This document shows positions 47,621 through 61,313 of a DNA stretch of 64,000 bases, piece after piece. This DNA comes from Asterias rubens (lineage: Eukaryota). The notes under the pieces were generated by a model. It saw only the letters and a program-made list of their open reading frames with translations. It did not search any database and was not told the DNA's origin. Position numbers and translations under genes: made by a program. The DNA is taken from the NCBI RefSeq assembly GCF_902459465.1, contig NC_047062.1:13950001-14014000 (forward strand). The letters are read 5' to 3'. Position 1 is the first letter of the stretch, and the number at the start of each line of letters is the position of its first letter.

Positions 47621-47823
47621 AAATAAAAAAAGCAGGTCCCATCTTAAGTTAAGACAAATCTGAGTGCTTTGGAAAATTGATGTTTTTGTGCCGTAGACTA
47701 TTGCCAAAGAAAGATAATCATACTAAGGCAGCAGCACTAGATCTAGAGCAGACATTCCAAAACAGTGCCAAAAATAGTATATTAAAAAAGCATTGTTAGG
47801 TTAAATTACAAATATCACTTAAC

Positions 47824-48060
47824 AGGAAAACCCACCCTTGTATCCGCACGTTCTGCATGTCATGGCATGTGTTTAAAAAAAATTTGTAATTCTCGATATC
47901 GAGAATTGATATTGTTTTACTGTTTTCTCACAAAGTAAAACATTTCATGGCATAATATTTCAAGAGAAGTCTTTCACCACTACCTTCTGTAAACCCTGTA
48001 AGTTTATGTAAATGTGTGAACTTTTATTTATTTTTTCTGTACCGAAAGGGTCCAGTGGCT
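47824..48060. mobile_element. 5'-truncated family B MITE
   Basis: Matches the right two-thirds of 45216-45578, ending ACCGAAAGGGTCCAGTGGCT. Confidence 0.8.
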
Positions 48061-49058
48061 GTAAGAGTCAAAGACTGCATTGGAAAATTGTGGTAAGCTT
48101 CAGAAGCAGTGCTTTGCCTAAACTCAGCACTACTCGCCAGTGGTTTGAAGGGGACAATTCATCATGCTTCTTATGGTACTCTATTTATACACCTATAGGT
48201 GAATTGTGTCACGATTAACAACAGAAGGATTTGTTGTACTTGACTTGAGTTCAAATTTAATACACACACTACGCACATCACACTGATAAGTTGTGAGATA
48301 TGTCATCTACATTTAGTAACAAGTGGGTAGATGGCATCAAATGTCCTTACATGAGGTACAATGAATGACACATCATGGTCATGCTCTAATTGACTCCCTA
48401 AAACAAGTCCTGACGAAGAAGATTTAAGGGAAAGTACCACACTGGTTTCAGGTCGTCACGAGACCCTCAAACGTCTGGTGCATTCATGGATCAAACGTTT
48501 CACAAAATCCACAGGTTTTAGTTTTCTGTTTTCCTTTTCACATTTGACACAAACACTCTTTTTCAATGTGCATTAATTCTCACAGATAGAGGCCTATGAA
48601 ATGAAAACCAAATTGTTGACAGGAAATTTTGTGCCAATGAGTTTTGCCAACTGAAATTTACAATCAATTTGCCAATAAATTTGGCCATTAAAATCTGCAA
48701 ATTAATTTTGCAAATCAATTCTGCCAATCCATTTTCACAATCAGTTTTGACAAGGGCTTAAGACTGAAAGTGAAAGTCATAAAAAAAAACCTAAAGGCCA
48801 GCTAAGGATTCCAAAAGAATATTTTAATTGTCAGAATATTTTAATTGTCTTAATGATCAAGAAACACTTCCTTGTTTATTTACTGGGAAGCACTATTCTT
48901 TTGTTCCACAATAAAGCATTCTCCCTGCATTTTGTCTGCGATTATACCGTTTATTCACAGGAATCTTGTGGCAAACAATGATGGAGCAATATTTGTGCAC
49001 ATGCGATCTGGCTGAACGACAAGTGATTTATCCTGGAATTATCTCTTTTCTACAACGC

Positions 49059-49243
49059 CTGGACCCAATTTCATAGAGCCTGTATAAGCACAAAAACTTG
49101 CTAAGCAAAGAAAAGTTTTGCTCAACAGAAACAGGTTACCAGCATAAATTACACTGTAACTGGTGCTCCACTCCATTTTTGCTTAGCAAAAAGAAAACGT
49201 CAAGCAGTATTTTCTGCTGAACAGCTTATGAAATTTGACCCTG
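49059..49243. mobile_element. MITE family D1
   Basis: CTGGACCCAATTTCATAGAG ... CTTATGAAATTTGACCCTG. Confidence 0.72.
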
Positions 49244-49442
49244 ATCTTTGTTAAAGTTAAGTGCAATTTTTACAGCTGCTTACAAACCATAAATTAAACA
49301 AGGCTTAGACAATCATACAATAAAAAAAAACCTAGATCACAAATTAATTTTGAAAATGGTACTGGTGATGTTCTGCCAGAATTTACTCTTTTTTTTGTGG
49401 TAATTGTGTTTCCAATAATCCAATTTATGACTCCACCTTTAA

Positions 49443-49832
49443 AGGCAGTGGACACTATTGGTAATTACTCAAAATACTTTTTAGCATAAAAACTTGCTTG
49501 GTTACAAGTAATGGAGAGCTGTTGATAGTATAAAACATTGTGAGAAACGGCTCCCTCTGAAGTAGCATATAGTTTTTTGAGAAAGTAGTAATTTTCCACG
49601 AATTCGATTTCAAGACCTCAGATTATTAGAGTTTGAGGTCTCAAACTCAAGCATCTGAAAGCACACGACTTTGTGTAACAAGGGTGTTTTTTTTCCTTTC
49701 ATTATTATCTCGCAACTTCGACGACCAATTGAGCTCAAATTGTCACAGGTTTGTTATTTTATGCATATGTTGAGATCCATTAAGTGAGAAGACTGGTCTT
49801 TGACAATTACCAATAGTGTCCAGCCAGTGTCT
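49443..49832. mobile_element. Kolobok-like MITE, family A
   Basis: TTAA flanks, TIRs, near-identical to other copies. Confidence 0.88.
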
Positions 49833-49904
49833 TTAACTTAAAACAGTCTATTTGTCAAGGGAATTAAATGCTAATTTTGTAAAAGGCACTATATAAGTAT
49901 TATA

Positions 49905-49937
<33 letters not shown>

Positions 49938-49996
49938 AACAAAATAACCAAAACTGTTGAAGTTATATGAACAAAATTGTTTTACTCTGCACTCAC

Positions 49997-50039
49997 CTTT
50001 CTCTCTATGCATACAAGAATATACTTCCCTCCCTGGCAT
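49997..50039 (-). CDS. Candidate alternative first exon, coding part (MPGREVYSCMHREK-E), in frame with exon 46057
   Basis: AAG|GTGAGT donor, phase 1; G+AA ACA ATG continues into MNQES; CpG-richer DNA upstream. Confidence 0.5.
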
Positions 50040-52342
50040 TTAGGTGCAGCTTCCACAAAACAACCAGGTATATGGATGAAGTGATCAGAATAATAACCTT
50101 AGCTAGTTGAAGTGATGCAGATCAACACTAGCTCTGAGCATCACACCTGCCCAAATCATCATCTCCGAAACACCACAAACAATGTAATAACACCGATCAC
50201 TCTCTCCACGCTCCACTAACAAGTGTCAATCCACGCAGAAAATTTAATGTTAAGGCAGAACCCTATTTTTATCACCAGGGGCTCTGTTTCCACTAAACTG
50301 CAGCTCCCTGGATGTCCATGTACCAGCAAACATCTCATGCTGAATCACCACATGGCCCTGCGAGTTGTACAAACACATCCCTCATTGCTGCAGACTCTCG
50401 AGTGCTTGATGCTGGCTTGTTGCAGTGTGCGCTATAAAGCTAGCCATCGTCCGTCGTCGTGAGACTGTAGGTTCACATTGGCACAGAGCCAGGATGTCTC
50501 TATACGGTTAACTGACGCAGAGGACCAACCAAAGTAATGCATCAAACACAAACAAATGTGACTCGTCTCACGGGGGATGAAAACACGTTCATTCAACAGA
50601 CGATACTTATGCAGCCCACCAACATCATCCTGACCACTTAGGTTAGTTGACCTACCTTCAATGCGTGTGTTTTCATGGGTAGTCGACATCAGAATGCAGT
50701 CTTAATGATCCAACTCATAGCTTACAAACACTTGGCAAGTGCAGGTCTGTGCCAAAGCTAGTTTCCTCGGGGTACATCCCCGCCTACATACGTCACTAAC
50801 CTTCCCTTTTTCATAACAGGTCAGATACAGCCGAGTCCATCAGATTCTAAAGTAGCCGCAGTAATCTACACACGGGTCCCTCAGTGGCCGACACAACAGA
50901 ACTGTTTAAAGACAGATCCGTGAGACACTGAGCCCCTAGCTCTTTCAATGCCCGTGTACATAAACCAAACCTATTAGTTTTAATTTCCTCCCAAAGGATC
51001 TGAAAATTACCCAGAATTATTGTCGGTCATCGCCACCCAGTACTACACGGCAAAGAAAGTAGTATGGTACATATAATTCAGCCAAAGTAATCTAACAGTT
51101 ACAGGGTGAAATCAACGTTAGATTTCTTTTCCAGGAATCGCATCCAAATGACATTATCATACTGTTCAACAAAATGAATCTTTCGAAAACGCATAATTTC
51201 TTTTTTAATACACATTTGTTTATAAAATTATGTAATTAGTACTTTTTATTAAATAAATATTGAGGCTCCAAAACGAACACCAGTTGTAGACAAACTATTT
51301 CTTTCTACATTAGCTAAAGTTCACTAGCGGGCCGAGAGATAAATTAGCTACATCAATGATAGCCATTGCCAGTGATTCATAATTGATGAAGTTTAGTTAA
51401 ATGTCTTTAAACTGTTCATTGGGGCTTGTGTAAAGGTATTCATTACACAAGCTCTTACATCAAGAGTCCAAACCACTTGGGTGATGAGGATGGCCAAGTC
51501 TTAATTGGCGACTGGGACTGGATCCCGTCCTTAAAGACACATGCATAAATACCTAAGACACTTTATCCATTCTGATTGGTTGAGAGTGTATCTTGTGGCC
51601 ATTTTAAGTGTTTAAACCTGGCTTGAGGAAACTTAGTCAACAGAAGGCACTACCAGATAATTGCGTGGATCAAGCATATTTTACACCCCAGTTTAAGTTT
51701 GTAGTAACATATTTGGCACGTAAAAATACAAAATTTGCATTCGTAAGTTTGAAACTTCAAGTTAGAAATTTGCCCGTACAAGCCAATTCTTTGCGTAATG
51801 CACTTTCATAAAGATTTTATTTTTATTTTATTCATATATGATATAAATTAATTGTTGTTATTTGAACAAGTAAAGTTTATGAGTCAGCCACAAAACCCAT
51901 ACTGTTATGGCCCACACAACTTGAATTACCGAAGCCCACATACTCTAAAGTGTGGGTTTATTAATTAAACAGCTTCTTGGGGCTGAATATTTCTTCTTTC
52001 CATTACCGTAACCAGATTGATGATTGGTTGATTAAACAAGTTGTCCTAATACAAGTAAGCAAATCATATCCAGTGGGAAAGACTGTTTCATAACATGTTC
52101 TAAAGGTCACAATAAGCGCAAATGTTTTGCGTGTGTAAGTGTGTAAAACGTGCACAGACACAAACAGCACATCATTATTTTTAGTGCTTCTCATGTTCCG
52201 CTACGGTAAAATAGACAACATCTTGAGCGAGGGTGTTATTCAAAACACGACATAGCCCTGGGTACTGGATCCTGTTTACCCTCCCAAGTCTGAAATTAAT
52301 CCTAAGATATAATTCTCTCCCATTAATTTCATCAGCACTCAC

Positions 52343-52373
52343 CTGAGACCAGTTGAGAAGGGCGACCATGCAT
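52343..52373 (-). CDS. Candidate alternative first exon, coding part (MHGRPSQLVS-E), in frame with exon 46057
   Basis: CAG|GTGAGT donor, phase 1; upstream in-frame stop; TCAGT initiator-like motif near 52535. Confidence 0.5.
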
Positions 52374-53997
52374 ACCAAATCAGCATTTAATATAACTGTT
52401 TGACACATTTAATAAAGACTCTGTGTTGTAGGCTGGGGCCCCTCGGATTGTCCCAAGTCCCAAGTCCCAGCCACCTAATCACCAAGTCACACGCATGAGT
52501 AGAATCTTAGTCTCAGTGATGAGCGATGCACACTGAGCTACTAGCTACATGAATATGTAACTCCAGAATATATCCTTCATATTATATGGAAGCAGGGAAT
52601 TAACCAACTTCATCAGTTGTCCTTCTGACCCTGCATTGTATTAAGATGTAATAATGGAACAGGACTACCAGCACAAAGGGTGGAAATCATTCATTAGTCC
52701 CTACTACAGGCCAGGCCGCCTTGAGGTAATGGAGAGACATAAAGAGGCAAACACTTAACAAGGTCCAATTAGATACATTTATGGCAATGAAAACTCCACA
52801 TGGTCTGAACACATGCCGAGCACAAAAGAGTCATTTAACACGTACACATGTGTCTATACAAAACAGGGAAGTCAAAACTTATACACAATGGAAACAGTGT
52901 CGAGCACACATTTCAGAAGCTCTATTCAATATTCATACTTTAGGAAGCATATGTCTATATACACAATATTACATATAGAACATGGCTTGCAAAAAACCTA
53001 AGAAGTAAAAAAAAAACAGTCCTAGTATATAATTATTCCATCAACTTATTCATTTTCTTTTCTTGTGCCACCACAGGACAGCTGCTAGAAATAAGATATT
53101 AATTTCTAAAATTGTAATTCACCTTTCACCAAGAATTAGGTGTAATATTTAAAGACTGCAGAAAGAAAAGAAAAAATGATAATAGAAGCAAGGGGGCACT
53201 GATTGCTTTGTTATGTATTTATTTTCAAACTTATGACGTTCACATGACCTGTTTGCTGAAATGGAATGCCCAATTCTCGCCCACCTTTGACAACAAATTT
53301 AGTCACTGTGATGCACAGATCAGACTGCTGACGTAGCCTGAACGTCCCTCTGTGTATATTTTTTTCGGAATTAATTAACTGCACTGACTGTCTAGGGTCC
53401 AGTGACCAGCAGGATTTCAACTATCACCAACGGCACAAAATTGAGACGCTTCCTCGCAAAAAAAAGGATTATCAATTACAAACACGTCACTCCAACGATA
53501 TAAAATTCGCAGAAACTCTGGAAACTGTTTTTGTCAATTATAACTGTTTGTATACAATGAAGACTTTGTATCTAAATAAAGATATACTGACAAAAATCTG
53601 TCAAAGGTTGACATGAAAACATATTCTATTTTGAGGAAAACACAACAAATACAATGATACCCTTCCACAACAGAACGAATGCGTATTTTAACTAGAAATT
53701 TATGCTAATGCATAAGAACTGTCTATGGGTGTATGTATTAATATTGAGGAATGCCATTTATTTTGAGAACACTGGCTGGCATTAAAGATTAATAGTTGAA
53801 ACAGCATTCTACAAATTCTGTCTTGCATGTTATCTTAGAAATGGAATTCCATTGAGTTCAATTGCACAGTTCCTCACCACTATCGAGTCAATTAGGGGGC
53901 GGGTTGTCATGTACAGTTGTTTGCAAATCTTGTTCTTGGAATTTCAAAATTTGAGAGGGCACTTCTAATGAAAAATCTCTATTAGAAACTTACTTAA

Positions 53998-54374
53998 AGG
54001 CAGTGGACACTATTGGTAATTACTCAAAATAATTGTTAGTGTAAACACTTACTTGGTAACGAGCAATTAAGAGCTGTTGATAGTATAAAACATTGTGAGA
54101 AACAGCTCCCTCTGAAGTAACGTAGTTTTCGAGAAAGAAGTAATTTTTACCAAATTTGATTCGAGACCTCAGAATTAGATTTTGAGGTCCCGAAATCAAG
54201 CATCTAATAGCGCACAACTTTGTGTGACAAGGGTGTTTTTTCCCCCATTATTATCTCGTAACTTCAAGGACCAATTGAGTTCAAATTTTCACAGGTTTGT
54301 TATTTTGTGCATATGTTGAGATACACCAAGTGAGAAGACTGGTCTTTGACAATTACCAAAGGTGTCCAGTGTCT
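53998..54374. mobile_element. Kolobok-like MITE, family A
   Basis: TTAA flanks, TIRs, near-identical to other copies. Confidence 0.88.
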
Positions 54375-57300
54375 TTAACACACATTTGGAAAGGTTGTCC
54401 CGACATATTGTCAAACATGAGAAGAAAATAGAAGCAGTTGTAATTGTTAGGCTGGTGCTCCATTTTTTTAAGGTTTTTTTTTAATAGATTGAGCACAAAC
54501 CACCTTCCCTAACATTTTTACTGTGATTGAGGAGAAAGTGGTTTGATGTGATCTTTTCATTTTTAAAAAAGTATAGATGTATTTATGCCACCAATCTCAA
54601 CAATGGTACATAATGGCCAGACTCCAGCCAGACTCCAGCACATACGTTTTACATATATGGTGCACAGTAACAAGGGCCCAGATTTCAAAAAGCCTGTATA
54701 AACACAAACTTGCTAAGCACATCAGACAAATCTTGCTTATTTTTTTAGTAGAAACTGTTTACCAGCAAAAATTCAATAAATTTTACACTGTCGTGAATGA
54801 TGCAACGTTCATTTCTTCTCAAACCTATCAGACTTCATATTTTCAAATTACAAAACTCTTTAATAAAGTGTGCACAATTAAGTGTACACTCACATTCTGT
54901 CATAATTAGCAGTTTTTTCAGTGTTGTATGTGTTTTTAAAGTATCTGAAACCACCCAAAACTATTTCCAACATGTAAATGGATGCTCATACTGAAAATAA
55001 TTTAAAGTGATTCACTTGATGTAATTTTTTCTTTTCTACATCACCCTCAAAATGGACGGAAAACATGCCCTAAAATTTGAGGGTAATGCTAAATAAATGA
55101 CACTTGAATAAAAAACAAATTGAAAACCATTGGCGATAACTGCTAGCATCACTGATGCAAAGTGGTACCATTTTAATTGCACTGCCTGTCATATAGCAGG
55201 TTTAGTAAATGTTTCCCGTCATCCGATGACCTGTACACCCTACCTTCAAAACAGTTTAAAATCTATTTTCCCCCTTTCCCCTTCCTGTGATTTGTAGCCA
55301 TGTTTAGGCAAATATTCACGCAAAAACAGAAACAAAATACCCGCTCTTATTTCCGAGCCTTTTACACAACGACGCCTCAATACCAAAGAAACTGATTGCC
55401 TTGACCAACGTCGGGCAGGCAATTCATCGGCAAGCAAGGGCCTTAATGATAAAAGCCAATGTCACGTGAACTGCCCAATCCGATTTCCATGCACTGTGCA
55501 GTGATGTTGACCCAACTCGCAATTCTCCCATAATGTTAAGTAAACACACATCACCGTCAAGCCTTATTACACAAAACCGATTGCAAAATGTAATTTGCGT
55601 CGATCGGAATGTTTCGGGTTTGTAGTTTTCGATTTCAGTGAGAAGTACATTCTCTCCTTCTGTCAGGTTGAATAGGGAAAAAAAGAGCACAATGATTTTG
55701 TAATTGCAGTGGCTTCGCATAATTTTTAATTTTTAACACATTCAGTGTTTCTTTCCAAGCTTATGGTATTTGATGAGCAAAATTGGGTAGTTTTAATGGT
55801 GGGCGTACATTATACAAACTGATGATTTAACACTAATTTAGTTTAATTATAATCATCGATAAATGAAAAGAAAATCCTTTAAGTTAATTAAAACTATCTT
55901 ATTCTTTCCTGCAGGCATTTAGTTGTAACCTCACATGTACATTATACATGTACTAACATGACTAGAAAACATGGAAATAGATACTCAATTTATAAGGTTT
56001 TTCATAATCTACTGATTCATGAGAGTGGTGAACTGTAAGAATTCTCTAGAAAGCTAATTACCAAAGACGTATAATCTCCATAGAGTGATCTTTTGAAAGA
56101 TCAGTTAGGATTGGCAAGTTTTTTTAAAAGGTGATCCATAAATAATCACAGCATCACAAAGAGTCTTGAAGAAGAAAATAACTACTTGACAATAGATTTT
56201 GAATATTAAAGATGCATGTAAGTTTCAGTGGTGGTACAACATCGGTCATTTTAAAGATTACATTAACCAAACTCGTCTCACCAGAAAAAGTATCCTACAA
56301 GTATCAAGTGGAAACTTCAACAAAATAGGACGTTGTGTTTTGTAGTAACAGCATTTAATGTTGACATGCAGGGTTCTCCCAAGGTTTTGTCAAACTGAAT
56401 GGGGGCACTCTGGGCTTACGTTTGGCTGAAGCTAGCCAAATTAATACAAGGTCTTTGGAATGTTTTCTACTTTTTCTATTCTTATCTTGGTTTAAGTCCG
56501 ACTGTGCAATCTGAATCATTCTACATGTTTTTTTATCAGGGAAGAGCCCTGATATGTTTGGTAAGGTTTCAAACTCTTCAAATGAGTAGTGAGGTCAATG
56601 AGCATTAACAGTCACTGATGTTCTTTTCGTCTCTTGTATCCTTCACAGCCATATTTTTAAAAAGTTATTTATGAAAAAACAATTGTAAATAAGCTGCTAA
56701 TCTGCAGTGATTTGAAACCGATTCAAAAAGCGCTTCATGAATTATATTAAATCATTGAGATTAATTCAATTTACAAGCCTTAAAACCAAGTAAGTTACTA
56801 TACATGTACAATGTACACAAACATTGAAAACCAGCAATATTTTTCTTCTTCATATTTTTATACTTTGTAACAATAATTTTTTTCAGCAGCAAGAGATGCT
56901 GCCTTTGCGTCATTGGTATCGACCCATTGCACATTTCTTTTCTTTAATTCCCAGTTCAATTGATACACCACAGCACAAAGCGAAAGGGTATTCATTGTTT
57001 ACACATATTGTTCCAACGACTAAGAGATGCATCGTCAAAATTGCAAGCCCCAGATCGTTTTCCCCTTCCAGAATGATTCGGGTTATGAAAAAGTGAAATC
57101 AGATCTTGCTAAATTGAAGACTTTTCTTGAGCCTTCCCACGGATTTGGGTAATTCAATATCCAGGGATCAAAGAACCTTCAGAAAACTACCCGCTGAATG
57201 TTCTGTACTTTTAATGCAAAGAATCGTACAGCTATGAAGGAGAAAAAAAGGTGGAGACAAAAATTGAGAGGGTGAGAAGAGAAGATCAGCAGGAAGGACT

Positions 57301-59140
57301 TGCTACTTATCAAAACAGATGTAAACAGTTTAACTCTGCCCTGAAGTCTGCCTCTAGAGTGAGTGAAAGCTCTAAGGCTGTAGTTTACTATCAGTAAAAG
57401 GTCACCAGATTCACGGATCTGCCTGCAAGCATGAAGTCTTCATCACACTTTGAGTCATCCTACATGGAATAGTATCCATAATGTTGCAAATTCAAGTCCC
57501 ATAAATCATAACCCAACTCCTATGCAACTCTATGAAAGGGACGACTAAATTTATGTCAGTGCACAGATCAAGGCTTTTGCGTGTTCAACTGTCACCCTTG
57601 AAGTAAATTTACCATGTAATTTGATTAGTACAAATAGGTATCATTATTTGTCATTACTGTCAGAGCTTCAGGAGGTGAAGTGAATCCCATTTTGTGCGAC
57701 CTCCTACTTTCTTCATTGTGCCTGTATTGTGACCAATAGATGTTTCTTACGTGTGCGACACTTTGTCCACAAATCGTTCCCTCCTGAGTGTGTGCTCCAC
57801 ATTATAACTACCCTGGATCTAAGCTGCTGACCTTGATATGAGTGTGCCTTCATGAAAAAAGAGCAAAAGTACCCAAACACTGAAAACATGTCAAAGTTTG
57901 ACAAGTGTCACTTTTCAACATGTTCAAGCGCAATTTCTGCAGAGGTGTTCCATACCACTGGGGAAGCTACTTTCTTAACAAAGCAAAAATTTAGCTCTGT
58001 TTTTAGTCACAAAAACAGAAAATCACATTGTGAATAACAGTACATAGAAGAATCACCCTATTCACTTGCAAGGAACACCCAATGAAATTTAGATTTTTTT
58101 ATTTTTACATTTGATTTACACTAAACGATGTTTTTGTGCAATAAAGTAATTTTCACTGGGAAAAAAACCCAGCCCCTTCACAAAAACAAATTATTGATCA
58201 TTGAACATCAAGTGAGATTTAAAATAAAATAAAAAAATAATCATAATAAGAAAAGTTAAGCCTAAGAGCCTAGAGAAGTAGAGGGAGTTCAATGTCCGCA
58301 GAAGGTCAATCTGTATCCTGGCATGCTTTCATCTCATTATAAGCAATAGGGTTGACTTGGGATGATTACGATACAAGACTATCCCCAAATGGTCAGCATT
58401 AAAACAGGTTGCTAGAGCAGGCATACAGAATGCATAATATCCACAAGTATTGATAAACACATGCTTTGTAGAACTGTGTACAGACAGGGTTTGTTATAAT
58501 ACCCTCCAGCAACAATCATTAATCAAATTAAATGGTTTATAATTTCTGAGACAAATAAAAAACACATCTGAAAACCAGTAGAGTTGGATTTGATTTGTCT
58601 TTTGCAAATGTAAACCAACAGTTGCAACAATAGAAACATGTGGGATCGATGGTGAACATTCGGCTGCTAGTATGTTTTGTTTGCTTTAACTAACATTAGG
58701 TTTCACAACTTTACGAGGAAAAAAACCCATAGAGCTCAGCTCAAGTTGTTGATGCATATGTTTTTTGAAAGGTATATAGTAAACTGGTTATGCGTCTGCT
58801 TGTGAGAGTTCATGTTAGTCAAACTAATTAGAGATGCAAATGTTTTTGAGAGTTCATGTTAATAGTCGAACTAGTGATGCGCTATGTTTGTTAAACAAGT
58901 TGTAAATGTGTTTTTGAGAGTTCATGTTTGTCAAGCAAGCGGTGCGTCTGTTTTTTTGAGTTTATATTCACCTTCAAAAGGGAAGTTTAATTTATCATGT
59001 TGGTAATACCACATGTCAAATTAAGATAAGACGTGAGGCTATATGCATGGTGGAAATTACAAAACAAGTAAGGTTTGCAGTAACACCGTGTAAACTCTCT
59101 CTGTGAGTAGTGTGGCGGGGGTGTGGTCAGTTTTATTTTA

Positions 59141-59260
59141 CAGAAGACGGTCAGAGCACAGCGACCGAAATGTCGGGCAGTACAAACCGGCTCTAATCAG
59201 AGCCACCACTACTTACAAAAAGAATTTTACATGGTGTCACCGCAAACCTTACTTACATTA
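59141..59260 (+). mobile_element. Degenerate Penelope-like hammerhead fragment (same family as 44859)
   Basis: CAGAAGA-C-GGTC...GACC-GAAA-TGTC followed by the shared tail GGCTCT..CAGAGCCACCACT. Confidence 0.6.
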
Positions 59261-60967
59261 TGTCAAATTAAAATGCTTTGACAATATGTCATCCCTCAAG
59301 TGTAATTGGTTCAGCGCAATTAAAAACAAAAAGTCCCTAAATTTGTGTAAACAAGCGTGTTAGAGTAATTAACATTTGCTTTGCCAGAAGTCTCGAGACA
59401 TCATGTATAATGTTGTTTTGATCGATTGTGTTTTCCCTCAATGGGGAAGTTTAGACTAGGGAATAATTCATCATGTTTCTAACGACCAAACCTGATTCTA
59501 GGAAAAGTTAATAGGCCTACAAACCGTTAGGCTCATTAAGTTCATATCCATTAATTGAGTAACCATTTATTGTCTTATATCATTACAGACATGGGGACAA
59601 CATTTGTAAGAGTATGAACTCATAAATCAAACTAACATTTCGGAATGTAAAGGTGCCATTTACCGTGAGCAAAGCTTTGCATTTGGGGAAAGCATAAATG
59701 TTTACTAAATTGCCAAAGTCATAAATCTGGGGGGGGGGGCAGGTCCTTCATACAAATCAAACATGTAATAGAAAAACAGATATGTTAATGTCAGTTATGA
59801 TGAAAATTACATACTAAAGTTCTTTTTGTGCAATATAATTTTTTTGGAAACTACTTGAAAGGATAAACATTTCCTTCTCTAACCCCCCCCCCAGTCCATA
59901 TTTCATATTTTTAAGCAGCAATGCTTTTCAACACTTCAATAGCCAGCTGAACCACTGTGACAAAGACAAGCTGTCTTCGAAAAAACAGGGAGATCACATA
60001 AACCTGCGTAAGTGGCGAAGCCAGGAGACCTTTTCCAACTTGATTTATTATTTTTTTATTTTTTATTTTTTTATGATTCATTAAGATTTCAAAAATAGAT
60101 CATTGAAAAAAATTATGAAAATAAGTATAGTGCTAAAAGGTTTACCAATCACAATACATTATTTTTAATGTCTGCTTACCCGGGAGAACAGCAATTCTGC
60201 TTACTCGGGAGAACAGCAATAACATTTATTTAAAAAAAAAAACGTTTCAAGTTCCTGCCATGTCGGGAAAATGTCTTTGTAGTGCTTCACTAATCTCATG
60301 TAAGGGTCTCCGCTTCCACATCTGTCCCTGCAAAGAAGGCCTTGACAAAAGACTAGGGAAAATGTTGTACAAGATACAAATCACCGAGTCTTGTTTTTGT
60401 CTTTCATGTTTCTCATTCTATATGAATCCACAGACAGAAAGTAGTAACACTCACTTTCCGTATCAATTAAATAGACACAATACGTTAATGCCAATCAGCA
60501 CAGTAGCTATACAACTTACATACAACGCAGCCACAGAATAAACAAAACACAATTACACACACCAGTATTGAGCCTTGTGGTATGATAAGCATACAACCAC
60601 TATGGATGAAGATGATAATAAAAAAAACATAATTTTAATAGGCAGTAATTTGGTGCTTTTAAACCCATTGTACGGTTGTACCAAATCACTTTAGACTATT
60701 TATTACTATTCCTGTTCAGTAAGGGGACAAAAGCATTCCTTTAACATTTCCTTTGGATGAAGCAGCTCCAGCAGCCAAATGGTCACTCGGGTCGGCGATG
60801 GGAAGCAATTATAATTAAATGTCCTGCCCAAGGACGACAAAGTCACTTTGAATGTGCATTTTGATAACTCTGTGATCAAAACTTGAGTCCGATATGCTAA
60901 GCTATATTGGCTGCCACGAGGTACAACAAGAATAAGTCTCGTACAGAGAATGCATAATGCACAAACG

Positions 60968-61125
60968 CAGGCCTGGAATTTCATCTTTGAGAGGGCAAGG
61001 CCATTTTCATTCTGCACAGGGCACTTCCATTGGCAAATCCTAAATTCAATGGGAAACTTTTGAAGGGACACCAAGGCCTTGACCAGGCGGGGCAACAAAG
61101 GCCATGGCTTGTAATTCCAGACCTG
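60968..61125. mobile_element. Short TIR element CAGGCCTGGAATT...AATTCCAGACCTG with an approximate 6-bp target duplication
   Basis: Flanks CAAACG / CAAATG (differ at a CpG position). Confidence 0.65.
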
Positions 61126-61149
61126 CAAATGATGCTGAGCCGAGATAGA

Positions 61150-61313
61150 GCTGCTTAAGCAGAACAAATTACTCAACAATTTTCTGCTAAGCACAACTGA
61201 GCAGAATACCAGTCAAAAATGGTACATGTGTGACATTTTAATTTGGCTGGTAACCATTTTTTGTGGGGCAAAATTTTGTTGCCTATAAAGCAGTTCTACG
61301 AATTTGGCCCCTG
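61150..61313. mobile_element. Partial family D1 MITE
   Basis: GCTGCTTAAGC...AGCAGTTCTACGAATTTGGCCCCTG; internal similarity to 3941-4131. Confidence 0.6.

Noticed and set aside
48408-48480. CTGACGA...GAAA hammerhead-like words
   Set aside because: No stem II or stem I pairing can be drawn
60780-60850. SINE-core-like words (GTCCTGCCCAAGGAC)
   Set aside because: Single short degenerate match that cannot be assigned without a database
60706-61194. Longest ORF in the track (162 aa)
   Set aside because: It runs across two unrelated MITEs and a SINE-like fragment, so it is a chance frame
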